Positions 40,719 through 55,429 of a DNA stretch of 64,000 bases are shown in pieces. The DNA comes from Octopus vulgaris. Lineage: Eukaryota. Location: NCBI GenBank assembly GCA_951406725.2, contig OX597838.1:31124001-31188000 (forward strand), given 5' to 3'. The notes beneath the pieces are model-generated. The model was not told the origin of the DNA. It saw only the letters and a program-made list of their open reading frames with translations, and ran no database searches. Every line of letters starts with the position of its first letter. Position 1 is the stretch's first letter. A program made the translations under genes and the position numbers.

Positions 40719-40972
40719 CCGTTGCTATTATGTTAAATTGTCTTATGTTCAAATTTGGCTAAATGCGGTATTTTTTAATATTCATTTTTGCTTGCAATAG
40801 CCAGTTCCTTTGGCCAAACTATCGTATCTCCAACTGCTTCAGACGCCAAGATATCAAAACTTGTCCAAGTGTCGTCCAAGTGTTTTGCTATGGATTGGTG
40901 AAACTACTTTTTCGTTTTCTGAAGAAAAAAAAGCACCGTTTTGGACTTACATGATAGCAACGATAGCAACGA
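40719..40972. mobile_element. MITE (same family as 12576-12825)
   Basis: ccgttgctattatg ... catgatagcaacga, with a duplicated end. Confidence 0.7.
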
Positions 40973-41429
40973 TACACACCGTGCGCGCGAGCATCTATTG
41001 CTGTGTTTACATTTATATACCATTACAAGTAGACTTCTGTATAACTAAGTCCTAATTACATAGTTTGCTAAAAACAACTACATAATAAACGACATAGAAG
41101 TAATAATGTACATTTTGGAAGAATTGCCTTCTCTTCGAATCCCCCCCCCCAAAAAAAAAACGACAAAAATACAGAACTGCGCTTAGACAGGGAATTCAGA
41201 CCCAGTAAGTTCCTTTTGGGTTTTTTGGCATAACTATGGGATCCTGACAGCGTTGATATACGCACCCGTTTAGGTCTATATATCTATATATGTGCTTGCT
41301 ATGAAATTTATTGCAACAGTCTTTGGCCTTTACAGAGATGACGAGTTAACAATAAGCTTGAATGGTCTCGCTTTAAGGTTTGGAGAGAGGATAAGAGAGA
41401 AAAAACGAGGGGAGGTAAAAGAATGACAG

Positions 41430-41565
41430 AAATCCACTCACAAGGCTTTGGTCGGCCCGAGGATAGAATAGAAGACACTTGCCCAAGGTGCCACGCAGCG
41501 GGACTGAACCCGGAACCATATGGTTGGTAAGCAAGCTACTTACTACACAACCACGCTTGCGCCTA
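41430..41565 (-). mobile_element. SINE family B, 5' part
   Basis: aatccactcacaaggctttggtcggcccgagg...ccacgcttgcgcctat. Confidence 0.8.
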
Positions 41566-41629
41566 TATACATACATACATATATAAGTTTACATTCACAA
41601 ATGCATACACATTTGTATGTATGAATGTG

Positions 41630-41669
<40 letters not shown>

Positions 41670-41767
41670 GTATGTATGTGTACGTACGTATATATATATA
41701 TATATATATATACACATACATATATGTGTATAGATATATATGTATATATATATACAAATATATCTAT

Positions 41768-41815
<48 letters not shown>

Positions 41816-41868
41816 GTATATATATATACAAATATATCTATACATACATACATATATATATGTATGTA

Positions 41869-41955
<87 letters not shown>

Positions 41956-42329
41956 AACTCTTGAGACACCTCTCAACTCCTTGAGACGTTATTATCCTCT
42001 CCGCTTCTTCCAGTTCGCTTCTTAACATTAATACTCTTAGCTTTATTTTTAAAAATAATATTTTTAATTAATAATTTTTTTTTTGTTTATTTATTTATTA
42101 CAATTAAGAAATAAAAAAAAAATTCAGTAATTTCTAAACGTATAAAAAACATAATAATAATTTCATGTGTTAATTTGAGTTTTTCTCTAATTACAATTTT
42201 TTTAACAATCGATAGGGACTTTTTTTCTTTTATCTTCTCTTTTTTTCTTTTCTTCTTTTTTTGATTTTTTTTTTGTGAAAACTATATCTTTCATCGAAGC
42301 TGGAAACAAGTAACAATCACTGCTCACTT

Positions 42330-42335
42330 TCCATC

Positions 42336-42374
<39 letters not shown>

Positions 42375-42950
42375 ACTTCTTTCACTCTCTCTCTCTCTCT
42401 CTCTCTGTGCTTCTTTCACTCTCTCTGTCTGTCTCTCCCTGCTTCTTTCACTCTCTCTATGTCTCTCCCCCCTCTCTCTGCTTCTTTCACCCTCTCTATA
42501 TGTCTCTCTCTCTGCTTCTTTCACTCTCTCTCTCTAGCTCTCTCTCTCTGCTTCTTTCGCTCACTATGTCTCTCTCTCTCCTTGTTTCACTCTCTATATG
42601 TCTCTCTCTCTCTCTGCTTCTTTCACTCTCTCTATATGTCTCTCTCTCTATATGTCTCTCTCTCTCCTTGTTTCACTCTCTGTATGTCTCTCTCCTTCTA
42701 CTTCTTTCACTCTCTCTATATGTCTCTCTCTCTCCTTATTTCACTCTCTATATGTCTCTCTCTCTCTCTGCTTCTTTCACTCTCTCAATATGTCTCTCTC
42801 TCTCTCTCTGCTTCTTTTACTCTCTCTATATGTCTCTCTCTCTCTCTCTGCTTCTTTTACTCTCTCTATATGTCTCTCTCTCTCTCTGCTTCTTTTACTC
42901 TCTCTATATGTCTCCCTCCCCTCTCTCTCTCTGTGCTTCCTTCAGTCTCT
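42330..42950. repeat. (CT)n-based minisatellite
   Basis: Repeated ctgcttctttcactctc...tatatgtctc units. Confidence 0.9.
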
Positions 42951-42959
42951 GCTTCCTTC

Positions 42960-43123
42960 AGCCGATGCTGGTGTGTTTACGTTCCCGTAACTTAGCGGTT
43001 CGGCAAAAGAGACCGACAGAATAAGTACTAGACTTACAAAGAATAAGTCCTGGGGTCGATTTGTTCGACTAAAGGTGGTGGTCCAGCGTGGCCGCAGTCA
43101 AATGACTGAAGCAAGTAAAAGAA
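42960..43123 (+). mobile_element. SINE family B, 3' part
   Basis: ccgatgctggtgtgtttacg...aaatgactgaagcaagtaaaagaa. Confidence 0.8.
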
Positions 43124-43218
43124 CATATATATATAGAGAGAGAGATATGTGTGTGCTTGTGTGTATGTGTGCATGTGTGTGTGTGTATGTGCATATGTAT
43201 ATGTATGTGTATATATAT

Positions 43219-43510
43219 ATTGTTGTATTCCAGGGTGGTCATTTTATTTATTATTATTTCTTTTATTTTTGCCAGAAAGGACTAAGTGGAGTAAGTGGAG
43301 CAAGAACACACACATAAACTAAATGTGACGCTGAAGAGGTCACAGATGTGTGAGGCAAGATTACCGGGCAATGGACACGAGTTAAAATAATAAAAATAAG
43401 AACAATAATAAACGAGTGAAGGAAAAGAAAAGAAAAGGTAATGAAATGCGTGTGTTTGGTAAAAAAAAGAAAAAAAGATAATTAAAATGACCATCCAGAA
43501 ATGCAACAAT
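43219..43510. mobile_element. MITE-like element with imperfect TIRs of about 28 bp
   Basis: tgttgtattccagggtggtcatttta ... taaaatgaccatccagaaatgcaaca. Confidence 0.6.
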
Positions 43511-43582
43511 ATCTGTTTCAACATACGATTTCACATTAGGAATCTTGCAACATGTATATATATATATATATATACATAAATA

Positions 43583-43630
<48 letters not shown>

Positions 43631-43655
43631 GTGTGTGTATATATATGTGTGTGTG

Positions 43656-43690
<35 letters not shown>

Positions 43691-43717
43691 CATATATATA
43701 TATATGTATATATATAT

Positions 43718-43763
<46 letters not shown>

Positions 43764-43821
43764 ATATATATATATATACGTGTGTGTGTGTGTGTGTGTA
43801 TACATATACATACATACATAC

Positions 43822-43898
<77 letters not shown>

Positions 43899-44237
43899 GG
43901 GGGAGAGCTGCATCGATTTTATCAAATTCTCCTATTTTCCGGTCCAATACTAGGAAACCGGAAATCACATTCTAGAGGCTCTTAACGCGATTCTTGTCAC
44001 AAAGCGCTTGTAAACGGTGACGGTGCGGTTTTCATTCATCCGAACCTTCTCCTTGTCTCCGGAGCGACCGTCCCAGATTCCCTCATCCTTTGATATTTTA
44101 GATAATTTTTCATGATATGACTTGCGTTTTTAAAAATTTTTTTACTTTAAATTTATTGACAGAAGTGCGCAATGTGCTTAAGCCATGTAAAAAAATAAGA
44201 AAAAACAACAAAAAAAACCTAGTTATTGTTTGTTGTT

Positions 44238-44283
44238 AACACAACGTTTCGGCTGATATACTCTCCAGCCTTCATCAGGTGTC
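44238..44283 (-). ncRNA. Minimal type I hammerhead ribozyme
   Basis: gacac-CTGATGA-a-ggctg gagagtatat cagcc-GAAA-cg-TT-gtgtt; canonical core and ACGU palindrome. Confidence 0.88.
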
Positions 44284-44344
44284 TTGGGAAAGTTTCGAAC
44301 CTGGGTTCCCATACTTTCAATGTTATTATTATTATTATTATTAC

Positions 44345-44542
<198 letters not shown>

Positions 44543-44572
44543 ATAATAGTTATTGTTATATACAATTATATA

Positions 44573-45235
44573 CTAGTCGCCACAGTTGTCCAGAGCCTCT
44601 TTGAACAAGGGAGTGGTAGGCAGTTGAATGACATCTTGTGGTAGCTGGTTCCACGGGGCTGCGATACGGACGGAAAATGCGGCCTTCCGCTTGTGGAGTC
44701 GAAAGTGTCGGGGATAGAGTTTCCGATCATGCCCACGAAGACCCCTATCCGACGCAAGGGTGAAAAACTCCGCAAATGGTAGGTTTAGATTCCCGTTGAA
44801 GATGTTGAAAGCCAGGATGAGATCTCTCCGCATCCTCCCTTGTTCGAGTGACGTTTGTCATACGTAAGCTTAGACGAACCCGCGACTATTCGGATGGCTA
44901 AGTGCTGAACCCGTTCCAGGTGCTGAATGTCTTTCTGGAGATACGGGTTTCAGGTCTGGATGCAATATTCGAGGATGGGTCGAACTAGAGTGACGTATAA
45001 AGGCCGAAAGACGCCCATTGAAAGGTTGACAAAGGACCGGCGGATGAGAAAAATATTCCTACTGGTTTTCTTTGCCGCCTCGATACACTGCCATGTTGGT
45101 TTGAAAGTATCGGTTTGTGTTTTCTTGCGTTTGAAACGCACAGGAAATGCGTCTCCCTCCGCCACTGCAGGATGCTTTCAGTGGGTTCCCGTTGATGTGC
45201 GTTTGGAGAGTTGGATCATGGGTGAGTGTGGGTGG
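44573..45235 (-). mobile_element. CR1-clade LINE ORF2 C-terminal remnant
   Basis: LYVTLVRPILEYCIQT*NPYLQKDIQHLERVQH and RRDLILAFNIFNG...LRGHDRKL...FSVRIAAPWNQLP. Confidence 0.88.
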
Positions 45236-45247
45236 TGCCGCATTATC

Positions 45248-45478
45248 TATTTCTTTATTACCCACAAGGGGCTAAACACAGGGGGGACAAACAAGGACAG
45301 ACATAGGCATTAAGTCGATTACATCGACCCCAGTGCGTAACTGGTACTTAATTTATCGACCCCGAAAGGATGAAAGGCAAAGTCGACCTCGGCGGAATTC
45401 GAACTCACAACGTAACGCAGACGAAATACCGCTAAGCATTTCGCCCGGCGCGCTAACGTTTCTGCCAGCTCGCCGCCT
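45248..45478 (-). mobile_element. SINE family D (Meta-domain-like central region)
   Basis: ggcggcgagctggcagaaacgttag...gagttcgaattccgccgaggtcgactttgcctttcatcctttcggggtcgataaattaagtacc. Confidence 0.8.
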
Positions 45479-45502
45479 TGTGGTGCCGCATTATCGTTTA
45501 CC

Positions 45503-45714
45503 GGTTACTTGTTTCACTCATTAGACTGCGACCATGCTGGAACACCGCCTGGAAGATTTTTTAGTCGAATGAATCGATCCTTGTACTTATTGTTTTTTAA
45601 AATTCTTTTTTTAACCCTGATATGTATTCTACTGGGCTCTTTTGCCGGACCGATAAGTTACGTGGACGTAAACGCACCGACACCGGTTATCAAGTGTTGG
45701 TGGAGGACACAGGT

Positions 45715-45720
<6 letters not shown>
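45503..45720 (-). mobile_element. SINE family B, 3' half, diverged
   Basis: ttacttgtttcactcattagactgcgaccatgctggaacaccgcc. Confidence 0.7.
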
Positions 45721-45747
<27 letters not shown>

Positions 45748-45818
45748 TGAACACACAGATACATATACACACACACGCACGCACATACACACACGCACGC
45801 ACACACGCAAGCACGCAC

Positions 45819-45849
<31 letters not shown>

Positions 45850-45852
45850 TAC

Positions 45853-46125
45853 TGGCACTCCGTCGCTTACATCGACAAGGGTTCCGGTTGATCCGATCAA
45901 CGGAACGTGTGACTGAGCATTCTACAGACACGCATAACACTTAATAAAGTTCTCAGGGATGGCCCTTTTGAATTACAGGTACATCTCACACTTGCCATCT
46001 TAGTGGAGTGGAGCAACGTGAAATAAAGTGTCTTGCTCAAGGACACAACGCGCTGCCGGTAATCGAACTCACGCCTTTACAATCGTGAGCCGAATACATT
46101 AACCACTAAGCCACGCACCTTCACC
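45853..46125 (-). mobile_element. CORE-type SINE (family C)
   Basis: Reverse complement of 29883-30200. Confidence 0.8.
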
Positions 46126-46432
46126 ACACACACACTTATGTGTGAGTACTTGTATTGTGTGTGTGTACATTTATGCTTGCGGTTATCCGCCATCACCGCT
46201 TGGCAACAGATGTTAGATACTTACGTCACAGTAATGTAGCGGTTTGGTAAATAGAGATCGATAGAATATGGACCAGGTTTTAAAAGAACTGGGAGTCGAT
46301 CCTTTCGACTAAAAACTCTTTCAAGCCAGCCCCTCAGCATTTCGATATCCGGCGCGAATCATCATGAGGTAACTCTTCCAATATTCAGATGGCTTTCAGT
46401 CCTGCATGTCAGCTAACTTTTCTTCAACTATA

Positions 46433-46663
46433 TATTTCTTTATTGCCCACAAGGGGCTAAACACAGAGGGGACAAACAAGGACAGACAAAGGGATTAAGT
46501 CGATTACATAAACCCCAGTGCGTAACTGGTACTTTGTTTTTCGACCCCGAAAGGATGAAAGGCAAAGGCGACCTCGGCGGAATTTGAACTCAGAACGTAA
46601 CGACAGACGAAATACCGCTAAGCATTTCGCCCGCCGAGCTAACGTTTTCGCCAGCTCGCCGCC
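46433..46663 (-). mobile_element. SINE family D
   Basis: Near copy of 45248-45478. Confidence 0.85.
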
Positions 46664-46825
46664 TGTTTTTTCCTCAACTATAACTGTAATCTTGATGCTC
46701 TCCCACACCGTTGACTGTCCACTAATACAACAAGCTGTGTCTGAGAAGAAAACATAAAAATTCGTCAGATTTAGCCAGAACATCTTGTAATCCATTTGTG
46801 TGTGGAAATAATTTGAGGGGAAATA

Positions 46826-47043
46826 ATTATTTCTACTCTAGGCAGAAGGCCCTGAAAATTTTGGGGGAAGGGGTTAGTCGATTATACCGATCACAGTGCG
46901 TAATTGGTACTTATTTCATCGACCCGGAAAGAATGAATGGCAAAGTCGACCTCGGTGGAATTTGAACTCAGAACGTAGCAGCGGACGTAATATCGCTAAG
47001 TATTTCGCCCCGTGTGCTAACGATTCTACCAGCTCGCCGCCTT
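46826..47043 (-). mobile_element. SINE family D with an alternative 3' tail
   Basis: Same head and central domain as 46433-46663; tail differs (aaccccttcccccaaaattttcagggccttctgcctagagtagaaa). Confidence 0.8.
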
Positions 47044-47095
47044 AGTTTAACTAGAAATAATACAAACGTGCATGTAAACATATACATACACACAC

Positions 47096-47137
<42 letters not shown>

Positions 47138-47489
47138 ACACACATACATACATACATACATACATACATACATACATACATACATACATACATACATACA
47201 TACATACATACATACATACATACATACATACACACATGCATACATACATACATACATACATACATACATACATACACACACACATACATACATACATACA
47301 TACATACACACACATACACACATACATACATACATACATACATACACACACACATACATACATACATACATACATACATACACACACACATACATACATA
47401 CATACATACATACATACTATACATACATACATACATACATACATACATACATACATACATACATACATACATACATACATACATACATA

Positions 47490-47830
47490 AATGATTTGGG
47501 ATAGAGAAGAAACTATGAAAATAAACTGTGTACAGTTGTGGAAATCAGCTGCCGAGCAGATGTTAGCAGAAAGCTGAAGATCAGGAGTAAAGAGAACACC
47601 TAGGCTGAACTATTGAGAAATCTGAAGTTATTCTATCCAGATTATAAGTTCAGGTTTATACCTGTACTTACTGGGACCATGGGATATGTAACACATTGCC
47701 TAAATACCAATCTTGAGAAATTAGGCTTCTCAGAACCAGAAAGGAGAAAGCTGATTCGAAGGCTTCAGACCTAATTCATCACTGGAACTGTAAAAATCTG
47801 TAAAACTTTCCAGAAGTTTATCATTTATAA
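47490..47830 (+). mobile_element. R4/Dong-like non-LTR retrotransposon, restriction-like endonuclease C-terminus
   Basis: MIWDREE..KLCTVVEISCRADV...KENT*AELLRNLKLFYPDYKFRFIPVLTGTMG...[12 protein letters not shown]; begins directly after (TACA)n. Confidence 0.7.
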
Positions 47831-47866
47831 ATATATATATGTAAATATGTATGTATGTATGTATGC

Positions 47867-47914
<48 letters not shown>

Positions 47915-47966
47915 GCATATACATACAAACACAGACTATAAAAAAAGAAAACACACACACACACAT

Positions 47967-48506
<540 letters not shown>

Positions 48507-48550
48507 GTCGAGCGGTTACTGTTTATATCTCGTTCAGAGATTTATTAATG

Positions 48551-48599
<49 letters not shown>

Positions 48600-48605
48600 T
48601 ATATT

Positions 48606-48643
<38 letters not shown>

Positions 48644-48731
48644 TATATGTCTGATGAGAGGACGATAGAAAGTAGCTCTCAGTACACTTAGCTGGAGTTG
48701 CATCCATTTAAAAAAGAGTTGACTCAGCTCC

Positions 48732-48782
48732 ACATTACTTAAAGTTTCGTAGGCGTGGATAGGTGCCTGCATCATCAGATGT
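48732..48782 (-). ncRNA. Type I hammerhead ribozyme
   Basis: acat-CTGATGA-t-gcaggc...gcctac-GAAA-ctttaag-TA-atgt. Confidence 0.82.
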
Positions 48783-48801
48783 ACAGAACCAGAACTATAT
48801 A

Positions 48802-48842
<41 letters not shown>

Positions 48843-48982
48843 TGAAAGATATCCTTATAGGTATAAATATACTATAAACAAATTTTTATGAGTATGATAA
48901 ATCTTTATTAGAAATCATTCACTCTCTCTATTTGGATCTCTCAAAAAGTTTGAATTGTTCTTTTTGAACTTATTCTTTTCTC

Positions 48983-49018
<36 letters not shown>

Positions 49019-49116
49019 ATTAGACTGTTTTAACGACCCAGTAGCAGCTCATGGATACTTAGATCAGTGAACTTGCCAAAGATATACATCTTGGAGATTC
49101 CATTCACGGATAACTA

Positions 49117-49220
<104 letters not shown>

Positions 49221-49627
49221 TGTATGTATGTATTTACAAATGTATGTATATATATATACGTATGTATAAATATATATATATATATAAATATATATATATC
49301 GATGCATATATATATACATGCCATCATCAATATCTGCATAACTTTCACACACTGACATACGTACACACACACACACGCACAAACACAGAAACACGCACAC
49401 ACTTACACACACAACCATGTTTTCAGTTTTGACCCTTATTCACGTACAAGTGCCTATGGACTATAAAATCTCGAATGAACCTTAATTTTCTCCCACCATG
49501 GGGTCTCCAGTTGGTTCTTCTTACTTCTCAGTCCACATCATTCTATTGTCGTCTTTTCTGGATTTGCACACATCCTCGAGGACAACTGTACCCTTCCCTC
49601 TTCTTTCTTTCTATGACTACACGCACG

Positions 49628-49679
<52 letters not shown>

Positions 49680-49729
49680 CATAAATATATCTATATGTGT
49701 GTGTATGTATGCGTCTGCGTGTATATCTA

Positions 49730-49794
<65 letters not shown>

Positions 49795-49817
49795 CTATCT
49801 ATCTATCTATCTATCTA

Positions 49818-49858
<41 letters not shown>

Positions 49859-49943
49859 GCATATATATATATGCATAGATATGTATATGTGGATATATAT
49901 GTATATATGGATGCATATATATGTATATGTGTGTGATGTATGT

Positions 49944-49984
<41 letters not shown>

Positions 49985-50083
49985 CATGCATAATATGTAG
50001 ACAGCAACACACGCACACATTCACACATGTGTACATAGAGGGCAATCACACATATAGAAGTGTACAGACGTCTGTGTATACAT

Positions 50084-50117
<34 letters not shown>

Positions 50118-50220
50118 TTATATACATATGTATTTATAATGTATATATATATATGTATATATAATGTGTATATGTGTGTCTGTATATATATATATATACA
50201 TATAGATGTATTTATATATG

Positions 50221-50271
<51 letters not shown>

Positions 50272-50539
50272 ACATATATATGTATACATATATATGAGTG
50301 CATGTGTTTATGCGCATGTGTGTGAATGTGTGTCTATAAATCTGTTTCTTTAGCAGCAACAGATATATCTTAATGTCTTGCTCATTATCATTCCGGCCCT
50401 AAGCACCCAGGCCATGCTGGGGCACCGCCATCTAATTAGCTCCGTATCTAAAGACAGTTCAGTTTCATACGTACATACATACATACACATACATACATAT
50501 GTATGTACATACATGCATGCATACACACATACATTCATA

Positions 50540-50644
<105 letters not shown>

Positions 50645-50778
50645 TTGTATGATATAAATGTATTGAGGAAATGAAAAATGTTGCATCATCTCATGCGTGT
50701 ATAATTGTATATTTACACACAAACACATATGTACGTACACCTCCATACACATACATGTCTATATCCATATACATACAG

Positions 50779-50887
<109 letters not shown>

Positions 50888-51334
50888 CATATATGTATTT
50901 ATGTAAATTGTATACATATATATGTACATATATCTGTCTATATATGCATATATATGTGTGTGTGTGTGTGTATACATGAAGATTTTTGACACGGCTTTTG
51001 AAATATAACTGTGTTGTATAACACTGAACTTTGTGTAGCTCATGTGATACGCTGAAATATAATATTCCAAGTCTATAAATATGTTGCAGCCCTCAAATTA
51101 AAATGATTACCAAACGTTCTATATGGAGAGAGTAAGTTGTTATGTAATAATATAATTCATCGTGTATAGCACGGAACTTTGAGCATCTCATCTACGGTAG
51201 TGAAATGCATGCATATATATATACATACATACAAACATACATACACACACTAATACATACATATATACAAACATACATGCATACATACATACATACATAC
51301 ATACATACATACATACATACATACAATCATACTT

Positions 51335-51519
51335 ATCCTACATACAAATCTGCACGTATATACACATATATATATATAAACATACATATAAAAATACCTT
51401 GTTGTTGATGTTGAAATTCCAATGAAGGAGCTTTGGAATTAGGTTAGAAACCGGTTCTTTCTCTATTGGTTAGAAATCTTGAAATAAAACTGAATAGTGA
51501 CACCTACATACACACACAC

Positions 51520-51550
<31 letters not shown>

Positions 51551-51740
51551 CATACACAAAGCCATAAACGAGAAAGCTAATCCGAAGACTACAGAACCAA
51601 TTCGTCAGTGGAACTGTAAAGATCTGTAAACCTTTCCAGAAGTTTATCATTTAAATATATATGTGCATGTCTAGATATGCAACTATACGTATGAGAATAC
51701 ATACATGAAACAAAACTTACAAATCTGCACGTATACTTAC
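51335..51740 (+). mobile_element. Short 3' fragments of the same R4/Dong-like element
   Basis: 51570-51655 matches 47744-47828; tacaaatctgcacgtata recurs at 51343 and 51718; embedded in (TACA)n. Confidence 0.6.
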
Positions 51741-51784
51741 ATACATACATACATACAAATATATTTATGTATGTGTGTGTGAGT

Positions 51785-51824
<40 letters not shown>

Positions 51825-51904
51825 CCTTAATCCGTACGTTCCATAATCGACCGCTAGCCCCTAAAGCCTTTTTTTATTCTCTCTCTGTTTATTTTCTCTT
51901 ATTC

Positions 51905-51940
51905 CTTTCTGTTGAAGAGCGTAGGCTCGAAACGTAAAAA
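51905..51940 (+). ncRNA. Minimal type I hammerhead, CUGUUGA variant
   Basis: cttt-CTGTTGA-a-gagc gtag gctc-GAAA-cg-TA-aaaa; same family as 36126-36161. Confidence 0.75.
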
Positions 51941-52726
51941 ACTCTCTCACCTACACGAGCGTTAAACTAATACACCTGTTTGTTGTTTATACACCTGTCT
52001 TCGTCTTTTGTCTCTTTTTTGTAAATTCCAACTTCACATGTATACATAAACATACATACATACATACGTACATATATATATATATATATATAATTAAGAC
52101 GCTCGGTGGTTTTATTTGTATTACAATTGGAAAAGTAATGCAAATTAAAAGATGAAAAAAATATACCTATAAGACTATAAAAGGAGCCGCCTCAACCAAC
52201 AAAATAACCCCAAAATACCCCTCCCCCCACTATAAAAGGTATTCTACATACAAATATATGTTTCGATATAACAATATTTAAGAACCACCAATAAATAGTT
52301 TAAAATATGCAATGATCTGAAAATTGATTAACCTCTTCAAGAAAAATAAGAGTATCTTAGTCTTGAGTTACGAAATAAAGCAAACCAAACATCTTTTTTT
52401 TTCTTCTCCATTTTCTTTTATTAACATTAAAAAAAAAATTATGAAACTGTTTATACACACACATATATATACACACACAAACACACACACACACATACAT
52501 ACATATATATATATATTAATAAATAAAATAAAACATATGCATATATATAAACATATATGTCCGTACCTACCTCTACATCTACATATACACGCATATATGA
52601 GTACAGGACACCAAAAGGACGTCGAACACGATAAGAAACGAAAACATAGATACAAACCAAAGGAACTGGACATTTTTTTAAAACAACAAAAAAATAGAGT
52701 ACAGGACAATTAACACAAAGAAAAAA

Positions 52727-52770
52727 CCCCTTCTTCAGTCGCTATGGTTTCATCTACTCTACGTTTCGAA

Positions 52771-52773
<3 letters not shown>
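52727..52773 (-). ncRNA. Truncated permuted hammerhead (related to family 2)
   Basis: ccttc-GAAA-cgtagagtagatgaaaccatagcga-CTGAAGA-agggg; downstream flank resembles 21325-21428 and 34346-34466; upstream part replaced by (TA)n. Confidence 0.5.
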
Positions 52774-52811
<38 letters not shown>

Positions 52812-52812
<1 letters not shown>

Positions 52813-53359
52813 ATGGTCTTCGTCTCAATATATTTAGTTAAACCCAGATGGCATCAGGATTGTTTGTAACAATCCCTTACGTGGGTATTGCTTCCTCAAA
52901 TTCTCAATGTGTTCTCTTTTACGCTTACGTGTTGCAACAAAACTCGGTACCTTCTCACAAAGCCCTAGTCACCCAAAAACAGTTGTGAGACAATCTTTAT
53001 GATCATGTAACACCCAATCTCTGGCCTCCAAACTCACCAGATTCGGAACCCCTGGACTACTACGTATGGAACGCCGTTGAAAGGGAGACTAATCGTCATC
53101 CTCATAATACCATAGCTTCACCGACGGCCGCCATTGTCCGAAATGAATAAGGACCATATAGTGTCAGCATACCAGCGGTTTCGGCCCCGCATTGAAGCAG
53201 TCATCGAAGCCGAAGGCGATTTCATAGAATAATTTGCTTAAAAAATTATTATCAAGACTAATTGCACAAATGTTTATTCAAAAACATATTTATTTCTGCT
53301 GAAATAGAGTTGCTTTATTGTAGACCGAAACTGTCCTCAAATATCCCTCGCACCCTGTA
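52812..53359 (+). mobile_element. maT (DD37D) transposon 3' remnant
   Basis: QQN(D)SVPSHKA...WPPNSPDSEPLDYYVW with 37 residues between the last two catalytic positions; RFRPRIEAVIEAEGDFIE*; ends caccctg followed by TA. Confidence 0.85.
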
Positions 53360-53372
53360 GCATATATATATG

Positions 53373-53434
<62 letters not shown>

Positions 53435-53601
53435 AAATGACAAAATGGAGAAACATACTTAAATCAATCAATCATCAACCATCAGATAATACCCAATCAA
53501 TACTTTATTACACCATTACATAACAGCAATAACATTATACATAATATATTGCAAATATAACTAGACATGGAAATATAAATATAAAATACAATTACATCAT
53601 A

Positions 53602-53712
53602 TCTGACAGCTGTTTCGGCCGTGAAGACAAGTATGTCTCATTTAACCTATTAGCCATATAAAGCAGGTATAAATGAGACATTAACAAGGAAGTCCCACGG
53701 CCTCTTCAGAGA
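53602..53712 (-). ncRNA. Type I hammerhead with a long stem II
   Basis: tct-CTGAAGA-ggccgtg...atgtctcattta...taaatgagacat...cacggcc-GAAA-cagctg-TC-aga. Confidence 0.88.
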
Positions 53713-54016
53713 ATTTAATATAAGTGTGAAAAAAATTTACATATAAATATAAAAATATAAAATATAAAGATGTGTGCATAGACACTCATAATTCTACACA
53801 TATATATATACACATTAATACAATAATACAATATAAACAAAATATATCAGTATACATTAACAAACACAGTTATTTTCCATATTGGACTCCTCGTTCCATA
53901 ACTAACATCAAGGAAATACATGTACACTCACATTTAAATTTAAAGCAGACATATATATATAAAACAATCCAGTTCATTAAAATGTATAACCATACAAAAA
54001 GTCAATAAAAATTAAT

Positions 54017-54060
<44 letters not shown>

Positions 54061-54186
54061 TGATTGTACCATGTAAAGCAAGCGGACATCTACATATCAA
54101 TAAGTCTAATTCATATATATATATACACACACATATATATATATACATATATATGTATATATACACACACACATATATATATATAC

Positions 54187-54278
<92 letters not shown>

Positions 54279-54279
<1 letters not shown>

Positions 54280-54578
54280 GAGGCGCAATGGCCCAGTGGT
54301 TAGGGCAGCGGACTCGCGGTTGTAGGATCGCGGTTTCGATTCCCAGACTGGTCGTTGTGAGTGTTTATTGAGCGAAAACACCTAAATCTCCGGCAGGGGG
54401 TGGTGGCGATCCTTGCTGTACTCTTTCGTCACAACTTTCTCCCACTTTTTCTTCTGTTGGCCTGCTCACTTTGCCAGCGAGGTGGCGTAATTTGAAGGCT
54501 AAAACAATGCGAAGCGCATTGTGACCAGCGATGTGTAACAACATCTGATGGCCTGGTCGGTCACGGTGATCACGGTGA
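54279..54578 (+). mobile_element. SINE head A with its own 3' tail
   Basis: Same head as 493-870; tail gaaggctaaaacaatgcgaagcgcattgtgaccagcg...(tcacggtga)2. Confidence 0.85.
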
Positions 54579-55150
54579 TGTATATATATATATATAATAC
54601 AAATAAGAAAATGGAGAAACAAATTTAGTTTGTTCATCAACAGTATATTGGATAAATGATATCCCATAGTGGGTTACCCCCATAATCCCTATATATATAT
54701 ATTGTATATATGTGTGTGTGTAAGCGTGTGTGTTTGTACGTGTGTACGTACATACATACTTACATGCATACATACATACACCCATGCATACATACATACA
54801 TGCATGCATACATACATACATGCAAACATACATACATACACACACATACATACATACAAACATACATAATACATACAAACATACATACATACATACATAC
54901 ACACACACATACATACATATAAACATACATACATACATACATGTATAGCCAAGTGTTTAAAATGGCAAAGGAAAAGAAATTATGTCAAAAATTTTTTGTC
55001 ATTTTAATCTCTTGTTACTCCTTTGTACTCGAGTGACGCTATATGCCTATGCGAAAATAATAATAATGATAAGAAGATGAATAAAAATAACAACAAGAAC
55101 AAGAACAATAATAATAATGGCAAGAACAACAATAATAATAATAATAATAA

Positions 55151-55256
55151 CCTTACTCCGGAAGGTGCTCGAAAAATAAGGGGTATTACCTTAAGTCACT
55201 GGTAGTGAACAGCTGACACCGTAGTACATCTCCAGCGTTAGAAGCTGTGCAAAGGC
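55151..55256 (+). mobile_element. Dong/R4-like LINE extreme 3' end within (TAA)n
   Basis: LLRKVLEK* plus a short 3'UTR, with (TAA)n on both sides. Confidence 0.6.

Positions 55257-55429
<173 letters not shown>

Noticed and set aside
43905-44223. Possible Helitron or MITE ending in ctag
   Set aside because: No 3' GC hairpin or clear 5' terminus
48648-48690. tgt-CTGATGA-gag...ctc hammerhead 5' half
   Set aside because: No correctly placed GAAA or stem III
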